Under the pieces are notes generated by a model that was given only the letters and a program-made list of their open reading frames with translations, made no database searches and was not told the origin of the DNA. This document shows, in pieces, positions 9,817 to 21,228 of a stretch of DNA of 64,000 nucleotides (its first letter is position 1; each line of letters opens with the position of its first letter). The position numbers and the translations under genes were made by a program. This DNA is from Methanothermococcus sp. Ax23 (GTDB lineage Archaea > AGJL01 > Methanococci > Methanococcales > Methanococcaceae), in the NCBI RefSeq assembly GCF_049075655.1, contig NZ_CP157522.1:384001-448000 (forward strand). The letters are read 5' to 3'.

Positions 9817-11670
9817 ATGTACGAATGGAAGTTAAATGAAATCGTTGATAACGGACTATGTGCCAAATGTGGAACATGTGTTGTAGTATGTCCAAATAAC
9901 CTATTGGCATTTGAGGATACTCCAAAGCTAACTGATGAATGTTTAAGAAAAGGACACGGAATGTGTTATGACGTATGTCCAAGAGTTTCATCAGGAAAGT
10001 ATCAAATAAAAATCAGGGAAAACTTCAAAGAAGAGTATTTCTACGGAAAAGGAGATGTAGAAGGACAGGATGGTGGAGTAGTTTCAACATTTTTAAAGTA
10101 CCTATTGAAAAACAAAAAAATAGATGGGGCAATAGTAGTTGGGGATGAATGCTGGAAACCGGTATCATTAATTGTCCAAAATCCTGATGATATAGAAAAG
10201 GCGGCAAAATCAAAATACGCTATATCAACATTGGATGCTTTAAGGGAAGCAGGCGAAATGGGTATTGAAAAAGTAGCAGTCGTTGGACTACCATGCCAGA
10301 TAGCAGGTCTTAGAAAACTTCAATACTTCCCATACTTAGCAAAGTATGATGGAGAACTGGGTAAAAATGGAAAGTTGGCAAAATTACCAAAAATAGAATA
10401 TCTCATTGGATTACTTTGCACTGAGAAGTTTGAATACGATGGATTAAAAGAAACCCTTGCAAAAAACAACATAAACATTGAAGATGTAAAGAAATTCGAC
10501 ATTAAAAAGGGTAAATTAATAGTAATTACAGAAGATGAAGAGTATAAAATACCTTTAAAAGACATTGAAATGAATGCTGGCTGTAAGATGTGTAGGGACT
10601 TTGATGCAGAAATGGCTGATGTATCAGTTGGATGCGTTGGAAGTCCAGATGGATATTCAACAGTTATAATAAGAACTGAAAAAGGGGAAGAAATTAAAAA
10701 CGCAGTTGAATTAAAAGAAGGTGTAGATTTAGATGCAATTGAAAAATTGAGAGAATTGAAACTTAACAGATTTAAAAAGGAACTTGAAAGAAGAAAAGAA
10801 AATAACGAAAAGATATCATTCTACTGGGTTGCTGACTATGCTGGAGTTGGTAAAAGGGCAGATGGAACTCACTTCCTAAGAATCAGAGCAAAACCTGCTG
10901 GATGGTACTCAATTGATGAAGTTAAGGAGATTGTAAAAATAGCTGAGAAATATAACGGTAAAATAAAAATGACAAACAGAGGAGCCTTCGAAATCCACAA
11001 CATAAGTCCATTTGATGCTGAAGACATGGCATTAGAGCTCGCTGAAAAAGACCTCCTTACAGGTTCAGAGGGACCACTTGTAAGGGCAACCCTTGCATGT
11101 CCTGGGGAAGGAAACTGTGGAAGTGGGCTGATAAACACCACAGAGTTATGCTCAATTATTGAAGATAATTTCAAAGAGCATCCCGCACCATACAAATTCA
11201 AAATTGCAATAAGTGGATGTCCGAACAAATGTGTAAGACCTCAAATCCATGAAATAGGTATAGCAGGAGTTAAATTCCCAATAACTAATGAAAACTGTAA
11301 TGGATGCGGAAGATGTGCAGATGTTTGTAAGATTGAAGCCATAGACATTAGAGGGGAAACTTCATACACAAACTACAATGTATGTATAGGTTGTGGTAAA
11401 TGTATAAAGGCATGTCCAAATGAAGGTAGGGACATAAAAGAAGAAGGATACATGGTATATGTCGGCGGAAAATCAGGAAGGGAAGTAATTGAAGGAATAA
11501 GCATGAAATTAATGAGTGTAGAAGAAATACTTAACTTAATTGATAAAGTATTAATTGTATATCATAAATATGCTAAAAAACCACAGAGAGAGAGACTAGG
11601 GGCAGTTATGGCGAGAGTTGGAAAAGGAAAATTCTTAGAAGAAGTTAAAGAATTGATGGAAAAAGAATAA
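9817..11670 (+). CDS. fsr: Coenzyme F420-dependent sulfite reductase
   Basis: N-terminal FrhB-like half (GQDGGVVS, VGLPCQ, GLLCTE) fused to a siroheme sulfite reductase half (ACPGEGNC, SGCPNKC) plus ferredoxin; MYEWKL start. Confidence 0.9.
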   Translation: MYEWKLNEIVDNGLCAKCGTCVVVCPNNLLAFEDTPKLTDECLRKGHGMCYDVCPRVSSGKYQIKIRENFKEEYFYGKGDVEGQDGGVVSTFLKYLLKNKKIDGAIVVGDECWKPVSLIVQNPDDIEKAAKSKYAISTLDALREAGEMGIEKVAVVGLPCQIAGLRKLQYFPYLAKYDGELGKNGKLAKLPKIEYLIGLLCTEKFEYDGLKETLAKNNINIEDVKKFDIKKGKLIVITEDEEYKIPLKDIEMNAGCKMCRDFDAEMADVSVGCVGSPDGYSTVIIRTEKGEEIKNAVELKEGVDLDAIEKLRELKLNRFKKELERRKENNEKISFYWVADYAGVGKRADGTHFLRIRAKPAGWYSIDEVKEIVKIAEKYNGKIKMTNRGAFEIHNISPFDAEDMALELAEKDLLTGSEGPLVRATLACPGEGNCGSGLINTTELCSIIEDNFKEHPAPYKFKIAISGCPNKCVRPQIHEIGIAGVKFPITNENCNGCGRCADVCKIEAIDIRGETSYTNYNVCIGCGKCIKACPNEGRDIKEEGYMVYVGGKSGREVIEGISMKLMSVEEILNLIDKVLIVYHKYAKKPQRERLGAVMARVGKGKFLEEVKELMEKE

Positions 11671-11764
11671 CCCTTCCAACCTTGCTTTTTCTTACTCTAC
11701 TATCTTCTTATTTTAATAACTTTATTTTAACTATTTATTATTTTTTTATTTTATAGGGGATTTT

Positions 11765-12110
11765 ATGAACTATAATGTTGTTTTTCATCTTGAAGATGGC
11801 GATTTAGAAAGGCTCAATATTGCCTCAACATGAGCTCTAACCTATTAAAGAATATAAAAACCGCTAAAATTGCAGTGGTTTCAACCCACAATGCTCCAAA
11901 GTTATTTTTAAAAAAGAACTTAACTGGGGATACATACGAAAGGATAAGATTTTTGGCATCTAAAAATGCAAAATTTTTTGTATGCCATAATGCCTTGGAG
12001 GACTTGGGCATTCATGAATCAGAACTTATTGTTGAATGTAGGTAATTCCCGCAGGAATAGTTAAGCTCATAGAACTTCAAAATAAGGGTTTTGCATACGT
12101 TAAACCTTAA
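11765..12110 (+). pseudogene. DsrE/DsrF-family (COG1416-like) pseudogene with two single-base deletions
   Basis: Three frame segments join: MNYNVVFHLEDGDLERLNIA / NMSSNLL..KFFVCHNAL..EC / VIPAGIVKLIELQNKGFAYVKP*. Confidence 0.75.
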
Positions 12111-12227
12111 TACATGAGGGCGTATAAAATTCACATTAATTAAACTTTTGAATATATTAATTATCTTATTCTTTAACATAATACTACTTACTTATTTTTA
12201 AAAAATGTAAGAAATTACCAAGGTGAT

Positions 12228-12920
12228 ATGATGAAGAATATTAAGGAGCTCGGTAAGATGATGGAAGAACTATTAGGATTAAACTATCCAGCAGTTGCCG
12301 TAAAACTTGCAAAATCCCATGATGATATACCAGAAGGATACAGCGAGATAAACGATAAGATAAGACACTGTGAAATGATTCAAAAAGTAAGAAAAGAAGG
12401 CATAAAATTCTATGCCACAAATGAAAATCATTTATGTAAAGGGGGAGCTCATAATATTGGGGTCAATCAAAGTCCCAATATAGAAGACTTGGAAATAAAA
12501 TTACATGTGAAAATGGGAAATTTTAAAACCCATGAAAGTTCAAAGAAAACCATGGAATTGGTTCCGAAAATTAGAGAACAAATGTATGCAAGTGTTTATG
12601 CACCGCTAAGTGATGCAGATTTTAAACCTGATTCAATAGTTGTAATTACCACCCCAAAGATAGGGCTTAGGTTATCCCAAGCATTATTATACAAGAAAGG
12701 TGGGAGAATCCATGCAAGCTTTGCAGGAACTCAGTCTTTATGTGGCGATGCAGTTGCAGCAGTTAAACTCAATGGGACAGCAAATGCAACATTGGCATGT
12801 AATGGTTCAAGAAAATATGCAAAAATCGAAGATAATGAGATGGTGATTGCATTCCCTCCATCGGAATTAGAAAATATAATTGACGCATTGAAACATTTTA
12901 GAGAAGCATGGAACAAATAG
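12228..12920 (+). CDS. DUF169 (COG2043) family protein
   Basis: PAVAVKL, RHCEMIQ, HLCKGGA, PDSIVV, QSLCGD and CNGSR conserved cysteine motifs. Confidence 0.82.
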   Translation: MMKNIKELGKMMEELLGLNYPAVAVKLAKSHDDIPEGYSEINDKIRHCEMIQKVRKEGIKFYATNENHLCKGGAHNIGVNQSPNIEDLEIKLHVKMGNFKTHESSKKTMELVPKIREQMYASVYAPLSDADFKPDSIVVITTPKIGLRLSQALLYKKGGRIHASFAGTQSLCGDAVAAVKLNGTANATLACNGSRKYAKIEDNEMVIAFPPSELENIIDALKHFREAWNK

Positions 12921-13429
12921 TTAAAATTGCCTTTGATAAATTTTTTACATATATATTATTTTTCGTAAATGAAATTTTTTGTAGGTATTTGCCACCGTAT
13001 GTTTTATTCAATATTTACAGCAATATATATTAAACGTTTTTTCTTATTATTGTGTTATTTCCATAAATGTTGTGATAAGACTATATTCATTTATAACTTT
13101 ACAATATAAATGTGAGCTCCGCCAAAGAATTAAAATAGTAAAAAACATAGCTATGAACTTAACAATATAAAAACGTGCAAATATACAAATGTATATTATA
13201 TTTGAAATATCTTGAAATATAATCATCATAGCAAAATAACAATATTCATAATAATGATAAACAGAAATTGAAAATAAAATACACCATATTCACTATGGAA
13301 TATGGTTAAACAATTGCTCCTTATCCACTACGGAATAAGGATTAAACATATGAGAAAAGAAAATAAGGTTATTGCAATAAATAATATATTGCAATATTTA
13401 ATGGCTTATGCGGAATTAAATGCATAAAA

Positions 13430-13738
13430 TTAGCTTCTTAATTCAATTTCAATTTGAACAGCTTCTGGAATTCTTATTTTCATAATGTGTTTCATGGTTC
13501 TTTCGTCTGCTTCTATATCGATTACTCTTTTATGAACTCTCATTGTCCATCTATCAAAGGTTGATGAACCTTCACCATCTGTTGATTTTCTTGTTGTAAT
13601 TTTCAATGTTTTTGTTGGTAATGGGATTGGTCCTGCCATATCTACTCCAGTTTTTTCTGCGATTGCTCTTATCTGATTGCAAACTCCATCTAACTCCTTA
13701 TGGTCTGTGCTGCTTAATTTTATTCTTGCCTTTTGCAT
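13430..13738 (-). CDS. rpsJ: 30S ribosomal protein S10 (uS10)
   Basis: [24 protein letters not shown]. Confidence 0.97.
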   Translation of the reverse strand: MQKARIKLSSTDHKELDGVCNQIRAIAEKTGVDMAGPIPLPTKTLKITTRKSTDGEGSSTFDRWTMRVHKRVIDIEADERTMKHIMKIRIPEAVQIEIELRS

Positions 13739-13834
13739 AATATCTCCTTCGTAGTTTAAATTATGTTTGATAAAAATATAATAAATATATAATAAAAAAA
13801 TAAAAAAAGGAAGAAATAATTAATTTCTACCTAA

Positions 13835-15121
13835 TTATTTGTTTTTTGCTTTAACATCTATACACATACCAGCTGCAACTGTCATACCCATATCTCTGAT
13901 AGCGAATCTACCGAGCTGTGGGATTTCTCTTACGTTTTCAATAACCATTGGTTTTGTTGGAACGATTTTAACGATTGCAGCATCTCCTGCTTTCAAGAAG
14001 TCTGGGTTTTCTTCTTTAACTTCACCAGTTGCTGGGTTCAATTTTTTGAGGAGCTCTGTGAATGTACATGCTACCTGAGCTGTGTGAGCGTGGAATACTG
14101 GTGTGTATCCTGCTGTGATTACTGATGGGTGCTGTAAAACAACAATCTGTGCTGTGAATTCAGCAGCTACTGTTGGAGCGTTGTCTGGGTGTCCTACAAC
14201 ATCTCCTCTCTTGATGTCCTTCTTACCTACACCTCTTACGTTGAAACCAACGTTGTCACCAGGTTCTGCTTTTGGAAGCTGTTCGTGGTGAGCTTCGATT
14301 GTTTTAACTTCTCCTGAAACACCAGCAGGTTCAAATACAACTTTGTCTCCTGGTTTCATAACTCCTGTTTCTACTCTTCCTACTGGAACTGTACCTACAC
14401 CAGTGATTGTATATACATCCTGGATTGGGAGTCTCAATGGTAAGTCAACTGGTTTTTCAGGTGGCTGGAATGTATCGATAACTTCAACCAATGTTGGTCC
14501 TTTGTACCATGGCATGTTGTCTGATTTGTTAACTACGTTGTCTCCGTGGTATGATGCTACTGGAACGAAGTGTATGTTGTCAGGGTTGTATCCTAACATT
14601 TTCAATAACTGGTTTGAAAGCATATCTTTCATTGCTTTGTAATCTTCTTCGCTGTAATTTACTGTGTCCATTTTGTTAATTGCAACAGCTAACTGGTTTA
14701 CACCGAGTGTTCTAATTAAGAAGATGTGCTCTCTTGTTTGTGGTTGTAATCCTGTTTTAGCGTCGTTTACATCACATACTAAGATAGCAGCATCTGCCTG
14801 TGAAGCTCCTGTAATCATGTTTTTAATGAAGTCTCTGTGTCCTGGACAGTCCACAATTGTTACATCGTATTTTTTACTTTCGAATTTTTTGTGAGCTACG
14901 TCGATTGTAACTCCTCTTTCTCTTTCTTCTTTTAAACCATCCATAACGTAAGCGAATTCGAATCCTGCTTTACCTTTTTCAGCAGCTTCTCTTTTCAATC
15001 TTTCTAATACCTGTGGGTCAATAGCTCCACTGTCTAATAATAATCTACCAACTGTTGTGGATTTACCAGCATCTACGTGTCCGATAAATGCAACGTTTAG
15101 TACAGGTTTTTCTTTTGCCAT
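13835..15121 (-). CDS. tuf: Elongation factor EF-1 alpha
   Basis: [30 protein letters not shown]. Confidence 0.98.
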   Translation of the reverse strand: MAKEKPVLNVAFIGHVDAGKSTTVGRLLLDSGAIDPQVLERLKREAAEKGKAGFEFAYVMDGLKEERERGVTIDVAHKKFESKKYDVTIVDCPGHRDFIKNMITGASQADAAILVCDVNDAKTGLQPQTREHIFLIRTLGVNQLAVAINKMDTVNYSEEDYKAMKDMLSNQLLKMLGYNPDNIHFVPVASYHGDNVVNKSDNMPWYKGPTLVEVIDTFQPPEKPVDLPLRLPIQDVYTITGVGTVPVGRVETGVMKPGDKVVFEPAGVSGEVKTIEAHHEQLPKAEPGDNVGFNVRGVGKKDIKRGDVVGHPDNAPTVAAEFTAQIVVLQHPSVITAGYTPVFHAHTAQVACTFTELLKKLNPATGEVKEENPDFLKAGDAAIVKIVPTKPMVIENVREIPQLGRFAIRDMGMTVAAGMCIDVKAKNK

Positions 15122-15309
15122 AATCTTACCTCCAAATATGTTTATTTTATTTATATTTTAAAAATTTTTTTAAAATATTTATAATATTTTAAGTATTCTG
15201 GAATTTAAGGGTTTTTAAAAGGAATAATTAAATTTATAAGGATTACAAAATTGTAATATTCATTATACCAAAGGGGTATATATATTTTGTGGTGATTTAC
15301 ACCACAACA

Positions 15310-17493
15310 TTAATCTGTTTTCAATCCTTTTCTTTCTCTTATCTCTTTTATAATTTTTGGTTGCAATTCGTTAGGGACTCTTTCGAATCCTCCAAACTCA
15401 ACACTCCATAAACATCTACCTTGGGTAGCTCCCCTAATTGCACCTGCAAATCCAAACATTTCTGAAACAGGAGCTTTTGATTTGATTAATGTCATATCCC
15501 CTTCCTGTTCCATATCCAATATCTGTCCTCTTCTGTTGCTGAGCTCTCTCATTGCATCTCCCATGTAGTCCTGTGGTGTGTTTATGAATACCTTCTGGAC
15601 AGGCTCCAATAACACTGGTTTTGCCTGCATAATTGCATCTCTGATACCAAATCTTACAGCAGGTATTAACTGAGAAGGACCTCTGTGGATTGCATCTTCG
15701 TGGAATACTGCATCTACTAATTTAACTTTTACTCCCTGACATTTTTCAGCTGCCAATGGACCGTTTCTTACAGCTTCTTTGAAACCTTCGATTATCAATT
15801 CTCTTGCTTCGTCCAATTGAACAATACCTCTTGTCATGTTGAGGAGCATGTTTCCTTCATAGATGGACATTACTCTCTTAGCTTCTTCCTTATCAAGTCC
15901 TGCTTCAACTAAAATTTTTTCTGTTTCCTGAGGTGTCTTTTTCTTGAAGTCTTCGTCTTTGATTTTTCCTTCCTTGTATGCTTCATATACTGTTTCTTCC
16001 AATGGCTCTACTACGAAGTATAATTTGTTGTGCTTGTTTGGTGATTTACCTTCTACCTCAGGTGATTTTCCAGTTACTGTTTCTCTATAAACAACGATAG
16101 GTTCCCCAACTTCTACCTCAATACCTGCATCTCTTCCTATCTTTGTATTTGTAATAACTTCAATGTGGAGCTCACCCATACCACTGATTAAGTGCTCTCC
16201 TGTTTCTTCGTTAATTTCAACTTTTACTGTGTTGTCTTCTTTTGCTATCTGTCTTAAAACTTCAATTAATTTTGGAAGGTCTTTTGTATTTTTAGCTTCA
16301 ATTGCTACGGTAATTACAGGCTCACTTACGTGTGTAATTGATTCAAATGGTGGTTCAAGTATGTTGCTTGGGCTACATACTGTTTCCCCTGCACTTGCTT
16401 CCTTCAATCCGGTTAAAGCACAGATGTTTCCTGCTGAAACGCTTGAAACTTGAACTCTTTCAGCACCCATGAACACAGCAACCTGCTGAGCTCTTGCTTT
16501 CTGCTTTGAACCTACCAAGTATAACTCTTCACCTTGTTTTATTCTACCACTGAACAATCTGCATGCAGATATAGCACCAGCGTGTTTATCTACGATGATT
16601 TTTGTAATTACACCAGCTAATGGACCATTAGGGTCACAATTAACCATTGCTTTACCAATTTCTGATTCCAAATCTCCTTTCCAGATGTTTGGAATTCTGT
16701 ATTTCTGTGCTTCTACTGGGTTTGGAAGGTGTTTAATTACCATGTCCAAAAGAACTTCATGAAGTGGTGCCTTTTGAGCGAGCTCCTTCTGGTTTTCATT
16801 TTCACAGTAGTCTATAATATCTTTAAATGAAATGCCTGTTTTTTTCATGTATGGAACGGAAATTGCCCAGTTGTGGTATGCTGAACCAAATGCAACACTT
16901 CCATCCATAACATTTACTACCCATTCATTTTTGAATTCTTCTGAAGCCATTTTTTGAATTAATTTATTTACATCGTTGATAATTTTTGTAAATCTATTCA
17001 TCAATTCTTCTGGGGTTAATTTTAACTCATTTAACAATCTATCTACTTTGTTGATGAATAAAACAGGTTTTACCTTTTCCTTTAAAGCCTGTCTTAAAAC
17101 TGTCTCTGTCTGAGGCATGATACCTTCAACAGCACATACAACAACAACAGCACCATCAATAGCTCTCATTGCTCTTGTAACGTCCCCACCAAAATCAACG
17201 TGTCCTGGTGTGTCGATTAAGTTAATTAAAAATTCTTTTCCATCATATTCGTGTACCATTGACACGTTTGCAGCATAGATTGTAATACCTCTTGCTGCTT
17301 CCTCTTCATCAAAATCAAGTGCTAACTGGTCTCCTGCAAGGTCTTTGGAAATCATTCCTGCCCCTGCTAAGAGGTTGTCTGATAATGTTGTTTTACCGTG
17401 GTCAATGTGTGCACAGATACCAATGTTTCTTATTCTATCGTGGGTTTCCATCAAGCTTTTAACTTTTTCAACCATTTTTGCTCTTCTTCCCAT
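15310..17493 (-). CDS. fusA: Elongation factor EF-2
   Basis: [21 protein letters not shown] and HEDAIHRG diphthamide loop. Confidence 0.98.
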   Translation of the reverse strand: MGRRAKMVEKVKSLMETHDRIRNIGICAHIDHGKTTLSDNLLAGAGMISKDLAGDQLALDFDEEEAARGITIYAANVSMVHEYDGKEFLINLIDTPGHVDFGGDVTRAMRAIDGAVVVVCAVEGIMPQTETVLRQALKEKVKPVLFINKVDRLLNELKLTPEELMNRFTKIINDVNKLIQKMASEEFKNEWVVNVMDGSVAFGSAYHNWAISVPYMKKTGISFKDIIDYCENENQKELAQKAPLHEVLLDMVIKHLPNPVEAQKYRIPNIWKGDLESEIGKAMVNCDPNGPLAGVITKIIVDKHAGAISACRLFSGRIKQGEELYLVGSKQKARAQQVAVFMGAERVQVSSVSAGNICALTGLKEASAGETVCSPSNILEPPFESITHVSEPVITVAIEAKNTKDLPKLIEVLRQIAKEDNTVKVEINEETGEHLISGMGELHIEVITNTKIGRDAGIEVEVGEPIVVYRETVTGKSPEVEGKSPNKHNKLYFVVEPLEETVYEAYKEGKIKDEDFKKKTPQETEKILVEAGLDKEEAKRVMSIYEGNMLLNMTRGIVQLDEARELIIEGFKEAVRNGPLAAEKCQGVKVKLVDAVFHEDAIHRGPSQLIPAVRFGIRDAIMQAKPVLLEPVQKVFINTPQDYMGDAMRELSNRRGQILDMEQEGDMTLIKSKAPVSEMFGFAGAIRGATQGRCLWSVEFGGFERVPNELQPKIIKEIRERKGLKTD

Positions 17494-17643
17494 AATCTCA
17501 TCCTCATGATGAATTTATACAGTTCATAATTTGTGAATATATTTTCATTAAATTTGTTTAATTATATAATGAAATTGGTTTAAATACATTTCTAAGGAAT
17601 AGCTACTCATATAATAAAAATAATAAATAATAAATTAATTTTA

Positions 17644-18210
17644 TTATCTTGCAGATTGAGCAACTCTTTCTTTTTCTTCTTTCTTTCTTACTGCAAAGCT
17701 TCTCTGCATATCTGCTTTTGAAGCGAAGATTATTTCATCAGCTAAACACTGTGCAAAGCTCTTTTTGCTTTTATGTGCTGATTGCATTGCACCGAGTGCT
17801 ATATTTCTTAAAGCTGTATCCAATCTTCTTGATGGCGATACATCAACTGATTGAAGGAATGCAATACCTCCGTAGGAGATTCTTGTAGTTTCTTCCCTAG
17901 GTCCTGCATTTTCCAATGCATCAACAAGAACTTGAACAGGGTTCTGCTTTGTTCTCTGTTCAATTATATCAAATGCTTCTTCAATTGTGCTCAATACTAA
18001 ATGTTTTTTACCTGTGTTGTGTTCTTTTCTCATCAAGTTGTTTGCCAATCTTTCTACAATGTTCATTTTAGCCTTATCAAACATCTTTTTTGAGTTTCTT
18101 CCTGCACTGTGTGGCACAAATACTGGTGCTGTATTTATGTATCCTCTTAAACTTGGGTCTCTAACAACAACTTCTGTGGTATCCCATTTATTGAATAATT
18201 TAATTTCCAA
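17644..18210 (-). CDS. rpsG: 30S ribosomal protein S7 (uS7)
   Basis: [42 protein letters not shown]. Confidence 0.97.
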   Translation of the reverse strand: MEIKLFNKWDTTEVVVRDPSLRGYINTAPVFVPHSAGRNSKKMFDKAKMNIVERLANNLMRKEHNTGKKHLVLSTIEEAFDIIEQRTKQNPVQVLVDALENAGPREETTRISYGGIAFLQSVDVSPSRRLDTALRNIALGAMQSAHKSKKSFAQCLADEIIFASKADMQRSFAVRKKEEKERVAQSAR

Positions 18211-18248
18211 TATCTCACCTTCTTTAATTTTTTTAGATATTATATATT

Positions 18249-18692
18249 TTATCTCTTAACTTTTTCTTGTCTTCCTCTAACAAGCTCTTTTAATGAGTTC
18301 TTACCTACCATAACCACTTTGTATCTAACTCCTGGAATATCCCCTTTTGCCTGTCCTTTTGGACCTCCAATTCCCTCAATTACAACTTCATCGTGCTCAT
18401 CTATGAAGTTTATAGCGTGGTTTCCAGGTGCAAATGCTGTAACAACTCTACCGTTTTTAATTAACTGAACTTTAACACATTTTCTGATAGCTGAGTTTGG
18501 CTGTTTTGCCTCCAATCCAACTTTCTCAACAACAATTCCTCTTGCCATCGGAGCTCCTTCCAATGGGTCTGATTTTTCTTTTAATTTTAAAACTCTATTT
18601 ACATATTTGTACTGGTGCCATCTGCTTTCTTTTCTTTTTAAGACTAATTTCCTTCCAGCAAATTCTCCTCTTGGGGATTTACTTCCTGACAT
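18249..18692 (-). CDS. rpsL: 30S ribosomal protein S12 (uS12)
   Basis: [26 protein letters not shown]. Confidence 0.97.
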   Translation of the reverse strand: MSGSKSPRGEFAGRKLVLKRKESRWHQYKYVNRVLKLKEKSDPLEGAPMARGIVVEKVGLEAKQPNSAIRKCVKVQLIKNGRVVTAFAPGNHAINFIDEHDEVVIEGIGGPKGQAKGDIPGVRYKVVMVGKNSLKELVRGRQEKVKR

Positions 18693-18740
18693 GCTATTAT
18701 CACCTTAATATTTTGTAAAGATATTTTAAGCATTTAATAT

Positions 18741-19304
18741 TTATTCATTACTTTCTGAAACTACTTTTTCTGTTTCAGGTTCTTTTGCTTCCGCACTGCT
18801 ATTTTCTGCTTGTGCGCTTTCAGGTTTTTCAGTTTTTTCAAATTTTTTAGGATATTTTCCTTTTGGTTTTTTCCTAGGTTCTGAAACCACTTTAATATTC
18901 TTTATATCTGAAAGTCTACTGACGATGCCTACTGCTCTATCGATATTTTTTCCTCTGTTTCCGATAATTGTTCTTCTCAATTTAGGATGTACTCTAATAT
19001 ATACGACCACGTCGTCCCCAAATTTTTTTATCCAGACATCTTCCAACTTCAATGGAGCGAATACATTCCTAACAAATTTTTTCAAATCTGTGGAGTATTC
19101 AATAATATCTATCTTTTTACCAAATTTTTCCATGGCAGTTTTTACATTCTCTCCACCTTTCCCGATTGCTGCACCAACATCTCCTTCCTTAACGATAAAA
19201 ACAATTCTTTCATCGTCAGAAATACAGTCCATTACATCCGCACCAGTCATTTTTTCAAAAAGGCTAATTTTCATCATGTCGTCTCTCGTAATCTTGACCT
19301 TCAT
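18741..19304 (-). CDS. nusA: Archaeal NusA (two KH domains)
   Basis: GAAIGKGGENV and IIGNRGKNI KH motifs; conserved operon position. Confidence 0.92.
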   Translation of the reverse strand: MKVKITRDDMMKISLFEKMTGADVMDCISDDERIVFIVKEGDVGAAIGKGGENVKTAMEKFGKKIDIIEYSTDLKKFVRNVFAPLKLEDVWIKKFGDDVVVYIRVHPKLRRTIIGNRGKNIDRAVGIVSRLSDIKNIKVVSEPRKKPKGKYPKKFEKTEKPESAQAENSSAEAKEPETEKVVSESNE

Positions 19305-19318
19305 TAAATACCACCTAA

Positions 19319-19627
19319 TTATTCTTCGTTATTTTGTATTACATTTAAAATAGTTGAGTTCCCAGGTTCAATAACTACCAGTGCAGAAACAGGGAAAGGT
19401 TTTCCACAAATAGCGCCCAATTCTAATGATGTTGAGCTATGTTTGTAAATTGGAATATTAGATAATTCTGCATAATACATTATATCGTTCATAACATCCT
19501 TTGCACAGTTTCCTGCCAATATTATTAAGTTTCCTTCGCCGTGTTTCACAAGTTTCATTGTTTGTTTTGTTCCCAACACTACATTTCCAGTATCTACTGC
19601 TACTCTTATAGCTCTGTTTATATCCAT
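19319..19627 (-). CDS. rpl30e: 50S ribosomal protein L30e
   Basis: [22 protein letters not shown]. Confidence 0.96.
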   Translation of the reverse strand: MDINRAIRVAVDTGNVVLGTKQTMKLVKHGEGNLIILAGNCAKDVMNDIMYYAELSNIPIYKHSSTSLELGAICGKPFPVSALVVIEPGNSTILNVIQNNEE

Positions 19628-19865
19628 AATAATACCTCCTTCTCATTTTTACTCCAGAGGTCCTTCCTGACTAAGTTTCGTTTTTTATTCAGTGAAGTCC
19701 TCAATATTGTATATAGTATTTTATATAAAGATTTATAACCATAGTAAATAGCTAAAAGTCATTTTTATACTTTTTGTATAATTGTATATTTAAATGTTAA
19801 AAAAGATTTAAAGTTTATTTGTATATTTAAAAATATATTAAAAATAAAATAATTAATTATTTATT

Positions 19866-21146
<1,281 letters not shown>

Positions 21147-21228
21147 TTATGATGAATAAAAAATATGTTAATTAAAATATGGGAGTTTAAATTCAAATTT
21201 GAATTTTATAGTTTCCATAATATCAAAT

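Noticed and set aside
11826-12045. Recoding (Sec/Pyl) in the DsrE-like gene
   Set aside because: The breaks are frame changes, not in-frame stops
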